From: Myxococcota bacterium
Lineage (GTDB): Bacteria > Myxococcota_A > SURF-8 > G963663525
Direction of reading: 5' to 3'
Assembly (NCBI GenBank): GCA_963676915.2
Contig: CAXXVK010000060.1
Coordinates: 153,514-217,513 of the forward strand
DNA length: 64,000 nt
The notes under the pieces are model-generated. The model was not told the DNA's origin, did not search any database, and saw only the letters and a program-made list of their open reading frames with translations. How positions within the stretch are numbered: the first letter of the stretch is position 1; each line of letters starts with the position of its first letter. Shown in pieces: positions 9,076 through 18,382 of the stretch. A program made the position numbers and the translations under genes.

Positions 9076-10347
9076 ATGCTTTGCCGCTTGCTTCCAATTC
9101 TACTTGCCATTGTGTGTTTATCCTCGACGGCGTGGGCCGATACCGCCAAAAAGCCCCAACCGAAAGTTCTTTCGGATGAACTCTCGCTGCTCTGGATCGT
9201 CGAAGAACGTATCGATGACGAAAAGACCGATCTGGAACTGCTTCAGCACGCCATGCAAGCAGATTTGTACAAGATCGGTCTGCGGGCGATCAAGGGAACC
9301 AAGGCCAAGGCGCTGGCCAAACCCTGCGACATCGAAGCGATGATGAAAGACGAATTCTGCGCGTCGATCGGAGCGACCGACGCGGATATCGTTTTCGTCG
9401 CCACCGTGGATTCCAAAGCCAAGGTCAAAGACAAACGAAAACGCAAAAAAGCCAAAAAGATGGGCTATCAGGTGAAAGTTCAGTTGAAAATGTTCCGCGT
9501 GGACGAACAGCGGTACTATGGATCTCTCACCCAGTCTTCCTATGCCACGGCAGGAACCGCCAACCTGGCCACCCAGGAAGCTCTGAAAAAAATCGTCAAT
9601 CCCATGACCATGCTGATTTCCATCAAAACCCACGCCACGATGTCCAAGGAAAATGTGGCGCAGATTTACGTTTCGGGATTGCCGTCGGCCGATCAATACA
9701 ACAACATGTTGTTGCATTTCCCGCTGATCGACGTCGTTTCCGAAGCGCGGGTGCGTAATCTCGATCCAGAAAAAGGACAGGTCAGCGTCGTGTTCTCGGG
9801 AACCACCGTGGCAGGGCTTTCGCGTTCGATCAACAAATCCTACGGTGTCGGCCTGAAAACCACCGTGACCGGGCCGATGAAACTGGACGCGACGTATTCG
9901 CCCTCGCACGCTTTCGCTATGCTATCGCATGTCTATGAAATCAAAGACAATAGCGGCGGACAGCGCACCGGAGACGCCGCCAAATTGAAGGTGGCGACCG
10001 CCAAACAGATCGATGCGCTCTGGCGCTACTCCAAAGTAGCCGATACGGGAACCGATACCTATTCTCCTCGCTATGCAACCCGTTTTTACAACGACTATGG
10101 CGGAGAGTTGATCATCACCGGTAGCATCACCCGCACGGCGGACGTCTATTTTCTCGAACTGGTGGCCAAGCATCACAAGGCCGGAGAAATCGCCCGCGTG
10201 AAAAAGTCCGATCCGGGAAATATCGACGACTGGGCGAGGCTTGCGGTGATCGATCTCGGAAACGAAATCCTGCGTGGCCTCGACAGGAAAACCAACCGGT
10301 TGCCCTCCGACGAGAGGGAACAGTACCGAGCCTACCGCAATCAATGA
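9076..10347 (+). CDS. Secreted protein of unknown function
   Basis: GAGGAGG RBS, signal peptide (LAIVCLSSTAWA/D), 423 aa, followed by a clean terminator. Confidence 0.6.
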   Translation: MLCRLLPILLAIVCLSSTAWADTAKKPQPKVLSDELSLLWIVEERIDDEKTDLELLQHAMQADLYKIGLRAIKGTKAKALAKPCDIEAMMKDEFCASIGATDADIVFVATVDSKAKVKDKRKRKKAKKMGYQVKVQLKMFRVDEQRYYGSLTQSSYATAGTANLATQEALKKIVNPMTMLISIKTHATMSKENVAQIYVSGLPSADQYNNMLLHFPLIDVVSEARVRNLDPEKGQVSVVFSGTTVAGLSRSINKSYGVGLKTTVTGPMKLDATYSPSHAFAMLSHVYEIKDNSGGQRTGDAAKLKVATAKQIDALWRYSKVADTGTDTYSPRYATRFYNDYGGELIITGSITRTADVYFLELVAKHHKAGEIARVKKSDPGNIDDWARLAVIDLGNEILRGLDRKTNRLPSDEREQYRAYRNQ

Positions 10348-10352
10348 TGATA

Positions 10353-10386
10353 CGGCTCATTCCCGATAAGGAATGAGCCGTTTTTC
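10353..10386 (+). terminator. Intrinsic terminator
   Basis: CGGCTCATTCC / GGAATGAGCCG 11-bp stem followed by TTTTT. Confidence 0.8.
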
Positions 10387-10730
10387 GTTTGTTTTCAACA
10401 AAGTGGTGAACGATGAGGGACCAAGGCAGCGGTGTCCTTTTGTTGCACTTTAATAACAAAAGACTATTTCCAGATATGTAAAATGTTGACAAGCTCTTTT
10501 TTTTCGTTCTATTTTAAATCATTAAATATTATTATAAAGAAGATGTTTTAAACTGGTCATTGGATGAAGCGACTGGATATTAATAGGAAAATCATCGGGT
10601 GACGTTTATGACGGGGGGATAAAAATAGTTTGTTTTCAATTTTCTTCGTTGGGTGTGGCGTAGGACGGACCTAAGGGTGTATAATTGTGTGAGGAACCGG
10701 GAATAAGGTTCAGGTAGGAAAGAGGTCATC

Positions 10731-12668
10731 GTGACCAACCTTTTGCTGATCGACAACCAGAAAGACTTCGTTCGTGCCTGGCTGGAAACCGTGAATTCCT
10801 TGTGGCCGGATGGAATGCACCGTTGGGTTACCGATACCTCGACCCTCGGAAACGATTCTGTGGATTTCGTTTTCGTTTCGTTGCAAACCATCCCGAGTGA
10901 ATCCGCTGTGGAATTCGCCAACTGGAGGGTTACGATTCCCGCCGATGCCCGCCTGCTTTTCATCGATGACGACGACAACCCTTGCTATGCAAAACGAACG
11001 TTTTTACATCCGTGGCCGGCATTACCGCGAAAGCAGGTATTGGGTTCTATAGAGCACATTCTCGCTTTTAACCTTTTCGGATGTACGCAAAAAACGGTGG
11101 AAAAGGCACCGAGCGAAAAGATTTCCTCCGTTGCGGAAATCGGGGCCGACCTCTTCGATCGCATCCCCTTGGGACTCCGCGTACGCAACCGCTATGGCGA
11201 AGCGGTCTACAAAAACGCCATGTTTTCCCAGCTCATCAAGGATAAAATCGCATCGGACAATCTCCGGTACATGATTTTCATCAATGGAAAAACCACGCAA
11301 GAGGTTTCCGAGCGGGAACTTGTGGAAATGGTGTTGCAAAACAGCCAGAGTAGCAAGCCGTTTCTTGCTCGAACATCCATGGATTCGACGATCTACCAGA
11401 TAGCATTCACGTCGGTCCAGGAAGGTATAAAAGGCAAGCTATGGATCGTCGAGATCTGGCGGGATATTACGGAAGAGGTGAATATCCAGAAGAGCCTGAT
11501 CAATGCGCAGAAAATGGAAGCCGTCGGGAGCCTTGCCGGAGGCATCGCACATGATTTCAATAACTTGCTGGCCGGGATCATGGGCTATGCCGACCTGATC
11601 AAGATGCTGGCCAAGGGAACGCCTGCTGCCCGGTATGCCGAGACCATCAGCAAAACGAGTGCGAAGGCTTCGGATCTGACGCAACAGTTGGTCGCTTTGA
11701 CCGAACGGCGCGAACAAAGCCCGAAACCCATGAACATGGGAACGGTGGTCAAAAACGCTACAAAATTGATCAAAGCCGGTCTGCCTCCAACCGGAGGGTT
11801 CGAAGTATCGGATTATACCTCGCACGAGAGCGGACGAATTATCGGTATTCCCCAGCAGATTCAACAACTTCTGGTGTCGTTTTCAAAAGCGGTGAAAGAC
11901 AGTCTGGAACAGGCCAAGTTGTCGTTGGATTGCCGAGATTATCGCCTCGATTCTTCCAGCGAATGGGTGAGGAAAAAGAATATCGATCCGGGTTTGTACA
12001 TCGGAGTGTTTATCAAGGTCGAAGGAGATTTGACGGATTTTACACTTTTCGAGCAGTTCAGACGTCTGGTGGAGGGCAAAAAGAAGGATTTCGAAGTTTC
12101 CGGGGTCAGTCTGCAAGTTGCCGCCAACATCGTACAAGCCCATCAATGCCGCGTGTTGATCGAAAAAAAGGGAACCTCTGCTCAGCGTTTGGTTTTACTG
12201 TTTCCGAAACAGGACAAAACCATCGAAATCGATTCTACGGATGCCATCCAGATGGACCATCCCTGGTGCATTCTCGCGGTCGATGACGAGGAAATCATTC
12301 GTCGTATGCTTGGCGTCGGTTTGGGACGCTTCGGCTACGAAGTCGAAACCGCCGAATCGGGAATGGAAGCTCTGGAAATCCTCAAGGATCGACCGGAGGA
12401 TTTCGACCTGATCCTGCTCGATATGCTCATGCCGGGATGGACCGGAGCGAAAACGTTTTACAAAATAAAAGAGGTTCTGCGAGATCCCCAAATCATCATC
12501 TTTTCCGGTATGGCCGATCCGGGGGATGTCAAAGATCTTTTACGCGACGGTGCTTTGGATTACATCCAGAAACCGATTCGGTTGCCGGTTCTGGCGCAAC
12601 GTCTCAATGAATTCTTTGCTCAATCCCGAAAAGGTTCGGCCGCACCGATGCCTCGTGTCGGAAGCTGA
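10731..12668 (+). CDS. Hybrid sensor histidine kinase / response regulator with a degenerate ATP-binding domain
   Basis: GTG start with AAGAGG upstream. H-box IAHDFNNLLAGIMGYADL. C-terminal receiver ILAVDDEE...LILLDMLMPGWTG...KP. The N, G1 and G2 boxes are not recognisable. Confidence 0.85.
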   Translation: MTNLLLIDNQKDFVRAWLETVNSLWPDGMHRWVTDTSTLGNDSVDFVFVSLQTIPSESAVEFANWRVTIPADARLLFIDDDDNPCYAKRTFLHPWPALPRKQVLGSIEHILAFNLFGCTQKTVEKAPSEKISSVAEIGADLFDRIPLGLRVRNRYGEAVYKNAMFSQLIKDKIASDNLRYMIFINGKTTQEVSERELVEMVLQNSQSSKPFLARTSMDSTIYQIAFTSVQEGIKGKLWIVEIWRDITEEVNIQKSLINAQKMEAVGSLAGGIAHDFNNLLAGIMGYADLIKMLAKGTPAARYAETISKTSAKASDLTQQLVALTERREQSPKPMNMGTVVKNATKLIKAGLPPTGGFEVSDYTSHESGRIIGIPQQIQQLLVSFSKAVKDSLEQAKLSLDCRDYRLDSSSEWVRKKNIDPGLYIGVFIKVEGDLTDFTLFEQFRRLVEGKKKDFEVSGVSLQVAANIVQAHQCRVLIEKKGTSAQRLVLLFPKQDKTIEIDSTDAIQMDHPWCILAVDDEEIIRRMLGVGLGRFGYEVETAESGMEALEILKDRPEDFDLILLDMLMPGWTGAKTFYKIKEVLRDPQIIIFSGMADPGDVKDLLRDGALDYIQKPIRLPVLAQRLNEFFAQSRKGSAAPMPRVGS

Positions 12669-12687
12669 TTTTTCATGGATTGAAAAA

Positions 12688-13236
12688 TTACTCGTCCGCC
12701 AGCGGATATCCGGCTTCTACCCAGGCTTCCAGACCGCCATCGAGACAGGCTACATGCGTGTATCCGGCGGCAACCAGCGTATCGCAGGCACCAACCGACA
12801 TCAGCCCCCGATAACAGTACAGCACTGTTTTACGGTCTTTGTCGTCACCGATGTAGGCCATGACCGCATCCATATCGGTATGGGCGATGTGGGTGTCGGT
12901 ATCGGGGAGTTGACCTTCGTCTCCGTGATACACGTTGATCAGCAGGAAGTCTTTGGTTTCCAACATTTCGTGGAGTTTTTCCGGCGAAACGGTCCAGACC
13001 TGCCCGACGTTTTCCCACACGGTTTGATCCGAACCCCCGGTACCTTCCTCGGTCGCTTCGGTTTCCTCATCCGAATCCGACGCAAGCTCGGTGTCGTCCG
13101 TATCGGCGGACATACCGATTTCCTCGTCACCGGCGGGTGGGTTGTCGCTTTCCTTACAGCCTGATGGAAGCAGCGCCACGAAGAAAATCAAAACGAAAAG
13201 TGCTAAATTTTTCCAGCAGATACGAAGGTTGTTCAC
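12688..13236 (-). CDS. Rhodanese-domain lipoprotein
   Basis: Lipobox LLPSGC and an acidic linker. The rhodanese fold carries the active-site loop CYRGLMS. Confidence 0.8.
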   Translation of the reverse strand: MNNLRICWKNLALFVLIFFVALLPSGCKESDNPPAGDEEIGMSADTDDTELASDSDEETEATEEGTGGSDQTVWENVGQVWTVSPEKLHEMLETKDFLLINVYHGDEGQLPDTDTHIAHTDMDAVMAYIGDDKDRKTVLYCYRGLMSVGACDTLVAAGYTHVACLDGGLEAWVEAGYPLADE

Positions 13237-13247
13237 AGCGCTATCAC

Positions 13248-13805
13248 CTATAGTTTTCCCCGAAACAGTTCACGGATGCAGATTTTGCCGTAATCCCATA
13301 GCAATCGGAACATACTACGAAAATCGAGATTACTGAAAATATTGTCGAAGGTTCCCATCGGCAGCATTAAAGGAATGATGCCACGGCTGTATTCCAGCAT
13401 CCAGGCTTGATCCGGCACCCGGTAGCCTTTGGCGCGCCCTCTAGCAAGATGAGCGCGATCTCCCGGAAGCGAAACGGTCCGCGTCGTTTCACCTTCGTAG
13501 TAGGTCCACATTTCGCCGTCCAACATCCAGTCGTAGACATCCGCCGGGTAGCGACCCGAATGTCCCTCGGTGCCGATGGGCGTACCGAAGAGAATCACGT
13601 ACTCGGTCAAGGAACCGTACAGCAGTTTGAGTGTTCCCATGGCTCCGCAGGCGTTGTTGAACACCCAGTCGAATTCACGGGTGATGCGACCGGGATACCG
13701 TTTCTCCAGTTCGCTGATGACGGTTTCGAACATCTCGTCCTGCGGTTTTCCTTTGGCGAGATCGACAATTTCCTGCAACTCGGCGAGATCGAAAAGAGTG
13801 GTCAT
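13248..13805 (-). CDS. ERG2 / sigma-1-receptor-like protein (no N-terminal TM helix)
   Basis: Blocks W-VFNNA-G-MG, SLTEYVILFGT, GHSGRY, WMLEYSRGIIP and FSNLDF match the sigma-1 receptor/ERG2 blocks WVFVNAGGWMG, SLSEYVLLFGT, GHSGRY, WMVEYGRGVIP and FSTQDF. Confidence 0.8.
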   Translation of the reverse strand: MTTLFDLAELQEIVDLAKGKPQDEMFETVISELEKRYPGRITREFDWVFNNACGAMGTLKLLYGSLTEYVILFGTPIGTEGHSGRYPADVYDWMLDGEMWTYYEGETTRTVSLPGDRAHLARGRAKGYRVPDQAWMLEYSRGIIPLMLPMGTFDNIFSNLDFRSMFRLLWDYGKICIRELFRGKL

Positions 13806-13867
13806 GAAAATCCTCTATGGAAAATAAGAATAAATCGGTCGAACGTGTGACAAAACGTGAAAAAAGA

Positions 13868-16003
13868 TCAAAGTTGGTGGTACCAGTTGGAAAGCAGTTC
13901 GCTGCGTTCCTGTACGAAAATGCGTTTGAAACTGGCCTCTTCGTCTTCCCCTCGGCCAATGCTTCGTACCAGATCGAGCACGGCCGCAAACTCGTAATTA
14001 TCTGCTAGATAAGATACAAACGAAGCCGCCTGTGCGTGTGCGCGGGCGTCGCCACGATTCAAAGTGCGGTCCCATTCACCGAATTCCCGGTATCCTTCAC
14101 CTTCCATCAACAGTTTTCTCGGATGGTATTGGTTCGGAACGACTTTCTCCATCAACGTCAGGCTCAGGCCGCATTCGAGCCAGCGCGGCGTAGCGTCTCC
14201 CCCGATCTGCCGGACGATTCGGCGCGCCACGAGGGCGGCCAGTGTCGCCTGGGCTTCTTTTTTGTCGGTATGCATCCACTGGCCGTACACCGGGATCGTT
14301 CCCGAGGATTCGGGGATATCCAGCCCGAAGGTCGTAACCATGGTGGAAAAATCTTTCGTCCCATCGACGAAGAAAGACAGCCGTTCGACATCGGACAGAT
14401 TGAGCGCCGTGAGCATTTTGTACAGGTTCTGTTCACAGAGCTTCCCCAGATCGATCAACAGTCCGTCGTTTTCGAGACCGGTGGCTTCGAAGTGACAGCG
14501 TCCTGCCGAGGTTGTGTACTGAAGACGGTTCCCCGTATCGGTGGAAGGAGGGGACGGAACTTGTTTCGCTACTTTCTTGGTCGCAGGCGGCGGCGTTTTC
14601 ACGATGGTGGTCTGTTTTTGAGGCGCATTCTTTTCCGATACCGGTGAGCCGCCCATCAGAGAAAAACCAGCAATGGCCAGGCCAACCAGCACGACGGCCA
14701 GGCCTCCATACAGCACAATGGGGCGCTTTTTCTTTAAAGATATCGGGTTGTTACCGGTTGTCGGAGAACTCATGATGCCGTAGCGACCGCTGGTTTCGAG
14801 CTCCAGTTTCGGGCGTCCCTCCCCCAGTTTGACTTTGCGGGAAGACACCTTTTGCAACTCGATTTCCGCTCCCATGTCGTAAAATCGCCGTTGCAGTTCC
14901 TTGGCTTTTTCGAATTCGAGTTTCGGCGACAAGGTAAGCGGTAAATTGCGCAGGATCATCCGAATGGCTTCGGCGGACCGACCCGTGGTCTGCTTCATGT
15001 ATTCGATGACTTTGGCTTTGGCTTCGAGCTGCGAAAACCCAAGCAATTTCACCTGCATGAACACTTCTTCCCGACTCGGAGGCTCGATGCTCGCCCCGCA
15101 GCGGCTGCAATGTTCCTCGTCTTTCAGGCGGGTGGCGACGCCGCAGTCGTCGCAGAACGTCCATTCCGAATCGACGAAATCCTTCTCATTGATCACGATG
15201 GCGTCCAACTCGGAGATGATATCGCTATAGGACGGGTAGCGCTCCTTGGGAGATTTGGCCATCATCCGTTCGACGATGCGACCCAACGAACGAGGGAACT
15301 GAGGGTTCAAAGCGACGAGATCCGGGATGGGATCTTTGATATGCTTCATGATCAGGCCGATGGCCGTTTCCGAGGTATACGGCGCTACTCCGGTGATCAA
15401 TTCGTAAAACGTCACGCCCAGGGAATACATATCCGCGTGAAAATCAATGGCTTTTCCGCTGGCCTGTTCGGGACTGATGTATTTCGGCGTTCCCAACGCC
15501 ATACCGGTGGCGGTGAGGTTTTCGTCCGCCTGGGTCAGCTTGGCGATGCCGAAATCCACGAGCTTGGCGCCGCCCTCGGCTTCGATCATCACGTTGCCCG
15601 GCTTCACGTCGCGATGCATCACGCCCTTGTCCGAAGAAAATTTCAAGGCGGCGAGGGTCTGCTGCATCAAGGTGATTTTTTGCAAACCGGTCATTCGCAT
15701 TTTTTTGACGATCAGATCCGACATCGGGATGCCGTCGATGAACTCCATCGCGTAAAACGGCACGCCTTCGGCGGTTCGACCGACGAAAAAAACATGAGCG
15801 ATATTGGGATGTTTCAGGTTTGCGGCGGCACGGGCTTCCCGCTCGAAACGGGTGAGGTTCTCTTTGTCGGACATGATCGCGGGAGAAAGCACCTTCAGGG
15901 CCACCCGCATGTTGAGTTCCTCGTCCAGCCCCTCGAAGACCTTTCCCATCGCGCCTTCGCCAATTTTTTTCAGAACTTTGTAATGGCCGTATCGTTCGGA
16001 CAT
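13868..16003 (-). CDS. Ser/Thr protein kinase with zinc-ribbon, L7/L12-CTD-like module, TM helix and an extracytoplasmic domain
   Basis: GEGAMGKV, VALKVL, HRDVKPGNVMI, DFGIAK, GTPKYISPEQ. The tail is described in the findings. Confidence 0.93.
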   Translation of the reverse strand: MSERYGHYKVLKKIGEGAMGKVFEGLDEELNMRVALKVLSPAIMSDKENLTRFEREARAAANLKHPNIAHVFFVGRTAEGVPFYAMEFIDGIPMSDLIVKKMRMTGLQKITLMQQTLAALKFSSDKGVMHRDVKPGNVMIEAEGGAKLVDFGIAKLTQADENLTATGMALGTPKYISPEQASGKAIDFHADMYSLGVTFYELITGVAPYTSETAIGLIMKHIKDPIPDLVALNPQFPRSLGRIVERMMAKSPKERYPSYSDIISELDAIVINEKDFVDSEWTFCDDCGVATRLKDEEHCSRCGASIEPPSREEVFMQVKLLGFSQLEAKAKVIEYMKQTTGRSAEAIRMILRNLPLTLSPKLEFEKAKELQRRFYDMGAEIELQKVSSRKVKLGEGRPKLELETSGRYGIMSSPTTGNNPISLKKKRPIVLYGGLAVVLVGLAIAGFSLMGGSPVSEKNAPQKQTTIVKTPPPATKKVAKQVPSPPSTDTGNRLQYTTSAGRCHFEATGLENDGLLIDLGKLCEQNLYKMLTALNLSDVERLSFFVDGTKDFSTMVTTFGLDIPESSGTIPVYGQWMHTDKKEAQATLAALVARRIVRQIGGDATPRWLECGLSLTLMEKVVPNQYHPRKLLMEGEGYREFGEWDRTLNRGDARAHAQAASFVSYLADNYEFAAVLDLVRSIGRGEDEEASFKRIFVQERSELLSNWYHQL

Positions 16004-16028
16004 AGTGCACGTACTTTCGCTATAGAGC

Positions 16029-16832
16029 CTATTTCTGTTTCAGACCGGCAACGAATTTCATGCGGTTCGAACCGATTTCGATGGTGTCGTCATCTTCGAG
16101 AAGATATTCGGTTCCTTTGGGCAGTTTTTCTCCATTGACTTTGACCCCACCCATTCCACCGACCTGCACCAGCACGAAATCGCTACCCCGACGAGTTACG
16201 GTAGCGTGTTCTTTTCCCAGCATGAACCCGCCTTTTAGGCGAATATCCACGTTGGCGGCCCGACCCAGGCGAGTGGTCTGTTTGTCGATGGAATAAGTCC
16301 GGCGGTCCATTTCGGTCAGTGCCTGGAAATGAGGTTTCAGGCGTTTTCCCATTTCCGCTCGGAGCGCGTTGAGCTGGGTTTTGCCCATGGTCATCGTTTC
16401 ATCGACCACCACCGGCTGAGAGGCACCGGGCTTGGCTTTCCGGGATGCCTCCACGGCATCGGACAAGGCGTCTTCGAACGACGTTTTGAACTGGCCGCCC
16501 GGCTTGTTCTGGTCGATCGCACGATCCCGCTCCAACTCGTCCCGCGACTGCTTGAAGGTCAGCATGTATTTCGCCACGCCGATCACGTACCCGTTGTGAA
16601 GCGGTGATTTTTCAATGGGTTCGCCGTTGATGAACAAGCCGTTTTTACCGGAAAGATCCTTGATGAACCAGATCGCGTTGCGCTGGTAGATCATCGCGTG
16701 TTTGCGGGAGACGAGAGGGTTGTCCAGGTGAATGTCGGACTCGGGATTTCGGCCGATGAAGATCATATGATCTTTCACAAGTCGAATCGTTTTCAGCTTC
16801 TTCGAGCCTAAAACCACGGTAATTTCAGCCAT
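16029..16832 (-). CDS. Protein with two FHA domains
   Basis: Starts at the internal Met MAEITVVLG. Two FHA signatures (IGRNPESDIHLDNPLVSRKHA...NGLFINGE; LGRAANVDIRL...HATV...GVKVNGE). It lies 25 nt upstream of the kinase. Confidence 0.85.
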   Translation of the reverse strand: MAEITVVLGSKKLKTIRLVKDHMIFIGRNPESDIHLDNPLVSRKHAMIYQRNAIWFIKDLSGKNGLFINGEPIEKSPLHNGYVIGVAKYMLTFKQSRDELERDRAIDQNKPGGQFKTSFEDALSDAVEASRKAKPGASQPVVVDETMTMGKTQLNALRAEMGKRLKPHFQALTEMDRRTYSIDKQTTRLGRAANVDIRLKGGFMLGKEHATVTRRGSDFVLVQVGGMGGVKVNGEKLPKGTEYLLEDDDTIEIGSNRMKFVAGLKQK

Positions 16833-17092
16833 CGGACCCGCCCTCCCTCGATGAGCTTTTCTAAAATACTGGTTGCGGAAATATCCATAGGGAATAACAG
16901 GTATTTTACTGCAAAACCTCAAGGAAGCAACTGAAATCGATGATGGGTACAACGGATGGCTGCAATAACGTGTGATTGAAAATGGTGAAGAATTCGTTGT
17001 TTTTCAGGAAAACGTGACTTTTCGGTACAAAACAAGACGGCTGTGGTATAGTAACGCATTATCGTTTATCCGGAGGTACCGAACAGACTCCC

Positions 17093-18352
17093 ATGTCGGA
17101 AAATGATGTACTGGCCTATCTCGGCTTGTTGTTTTTGTTGCTGTTTTCGGCTTTTTTTTCCGGTTCCGAAACAGCTTTGATCGGCAGCCGCCGCCTGATT
17201 CTCACAACTCAAGCCCAAAAAGGAAACCGTTCGGCCCAACGGGCACTGGATCTGATTCGCGAGCCGGGGTCGTTGCTTGGCACGATTCTGGTCGGAAACA
17301 ATCTCGTCAACGTCGCTGCCGCCGCGCTCGGTGCCTATCTCTGGGGGCCGGTGACGGCAACCGTCGTCATCACGCTTCTGTTGCTTTTAATCGGTGAAAT
17401 TCCACCCAAAACCCTGGCCACGTATTGGCCGGAAAAGATTGCAAAAACGGTAAGTTGGCCGATCTCGCAGTTCAAGCGTCTGTTCTGGCCGTTGGCCTGG
17501 ATAGCACAATCTCTTACCGATCTGATTCTAAGACCGCTGTTCAAAAAGGTCGGTCCTCGGCGTGGATATTTCAGCCAGGATGAAATATCCACAGCCCTTG
17601 GGTTGAGTCAGGCCGAAGGCGAACTGGAACCGGGGGAAGCCCGTATGGCCCAGGAAACCCTGGAGTTGGACAAAACCCTGCTCGAAGAGATTATGATTCC
17701 CCTCAAAGATACCGCCACGTTGCAAAAGGATTGGAACCTGGATCGGGTAGAGAAGGAAATTCGCAGCAGCCGGTTTTCCCGTTATCCGGTGTACGACCAC
17801 CGCGGGCGTCCCATGAAACGGATGCTCCATATCAAGGATCTAGTGCTCGCCACCCATCGGAAGTACTGGTATGGTCTGACCCGCACGCTGGAAGTTCGCC
17901 CCGGCACGATGCCCGCCGACGATCTGTTGCGGGAAATGCAGATCGGTCGTTTCCATATGTGTGCTGTGGCGCAGGAAGACGGAAGCATCGTCGGATACGT
18001 TACGATGGAAAGCGTATTGGAGGAAATCGTTGGGGAAATCACCGACGAACACGACAAGGAAGACGATCCCGTCAAAACTCAGGGAGAGAACAAATACCTT
18101 GTACGAGGCGATCTTGAATTGGCCGACGTTCAACTCATTTTGAATATCGATCTGGAAGCCGACGATCCGGAACAAACGCTGGAAGATTATTACCGCGAAC
18201 GGGCTGGAGGACGGCCATTTTCCTATATCGTGGTGGGACGCTCACGCATTCGTGCATCCAAAAAGAAATTCATCGTTGAGATTTTCGAAGACGAAGAAGC
18301 CTTGGAAGAGGAAATCGAGGAAGAGAAAAACGGGAATCACGCCAGTACTTGA
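17093..18352 (+). CDS. CNNM/HlyC/CorC-family transporter (DUF21 + CBS pair + CorC_HlyC domain)
   Basis: N-terminal 4-TM DUF21 (FFSGSETAL..., VGNNLVNV), a CBS pair, and a C-terminal transporter-associated domain. Confidence 0.85.
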   Translation: MSENDVLAYLGLLFLLLFSAFFSGSETALIGSRRLILTTQAQKGNRSAQRALDLIREPGSLLGTILVGNNLVNVAAAALGAYLWGPVTATVVITLLLLLIGEIPPKTLATYWPEKIAKTVSWPISQFKRLFWPLAWIAQSLTDLILRPLFKKVGPRRGYFSQDEISTALGLSQAEGELEPGEARMAQETLELDKTLLEEIMIPLKDTATLQKDWNLDRVEKEIRSSRFSRYPVYDHRGRPMKRMLHIKDLVLATHRKYWYGLTRTLEVRPGTMPADDLLREMQIGRFHMCAVAQEDGSIVGYVTMESVLEEIVGEITDEHDKEDDPVKTQGENKYLVRGDLELADVQLILNIDLEADDPEQTLEDYYRERAGGRPFSYIVVGRSRIRASKKKFIVEIFEDEEALEEEIEEEKNGNHAST

Positions 18353-18382
18353 GTTTTATCCGAATATCGAACTCGGCTCACT

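Noticed and set aside
16833-16952. N-terminal extensions offered by the ORF track for several genes: 16952 for the FHA protein, 19780 for HDOD, 41809 for the OMP, 1164 for the DUF5989 protein, 20514 for the TPR lipoprotein and 47804 for the zinc-ribbon protein.
   Set aside because: The extensions overlap upstream genes or encode Arg-rich nonsense. Internal Met codons give proper signal peptides, domain starts and RBSs, so the shorter models were used.
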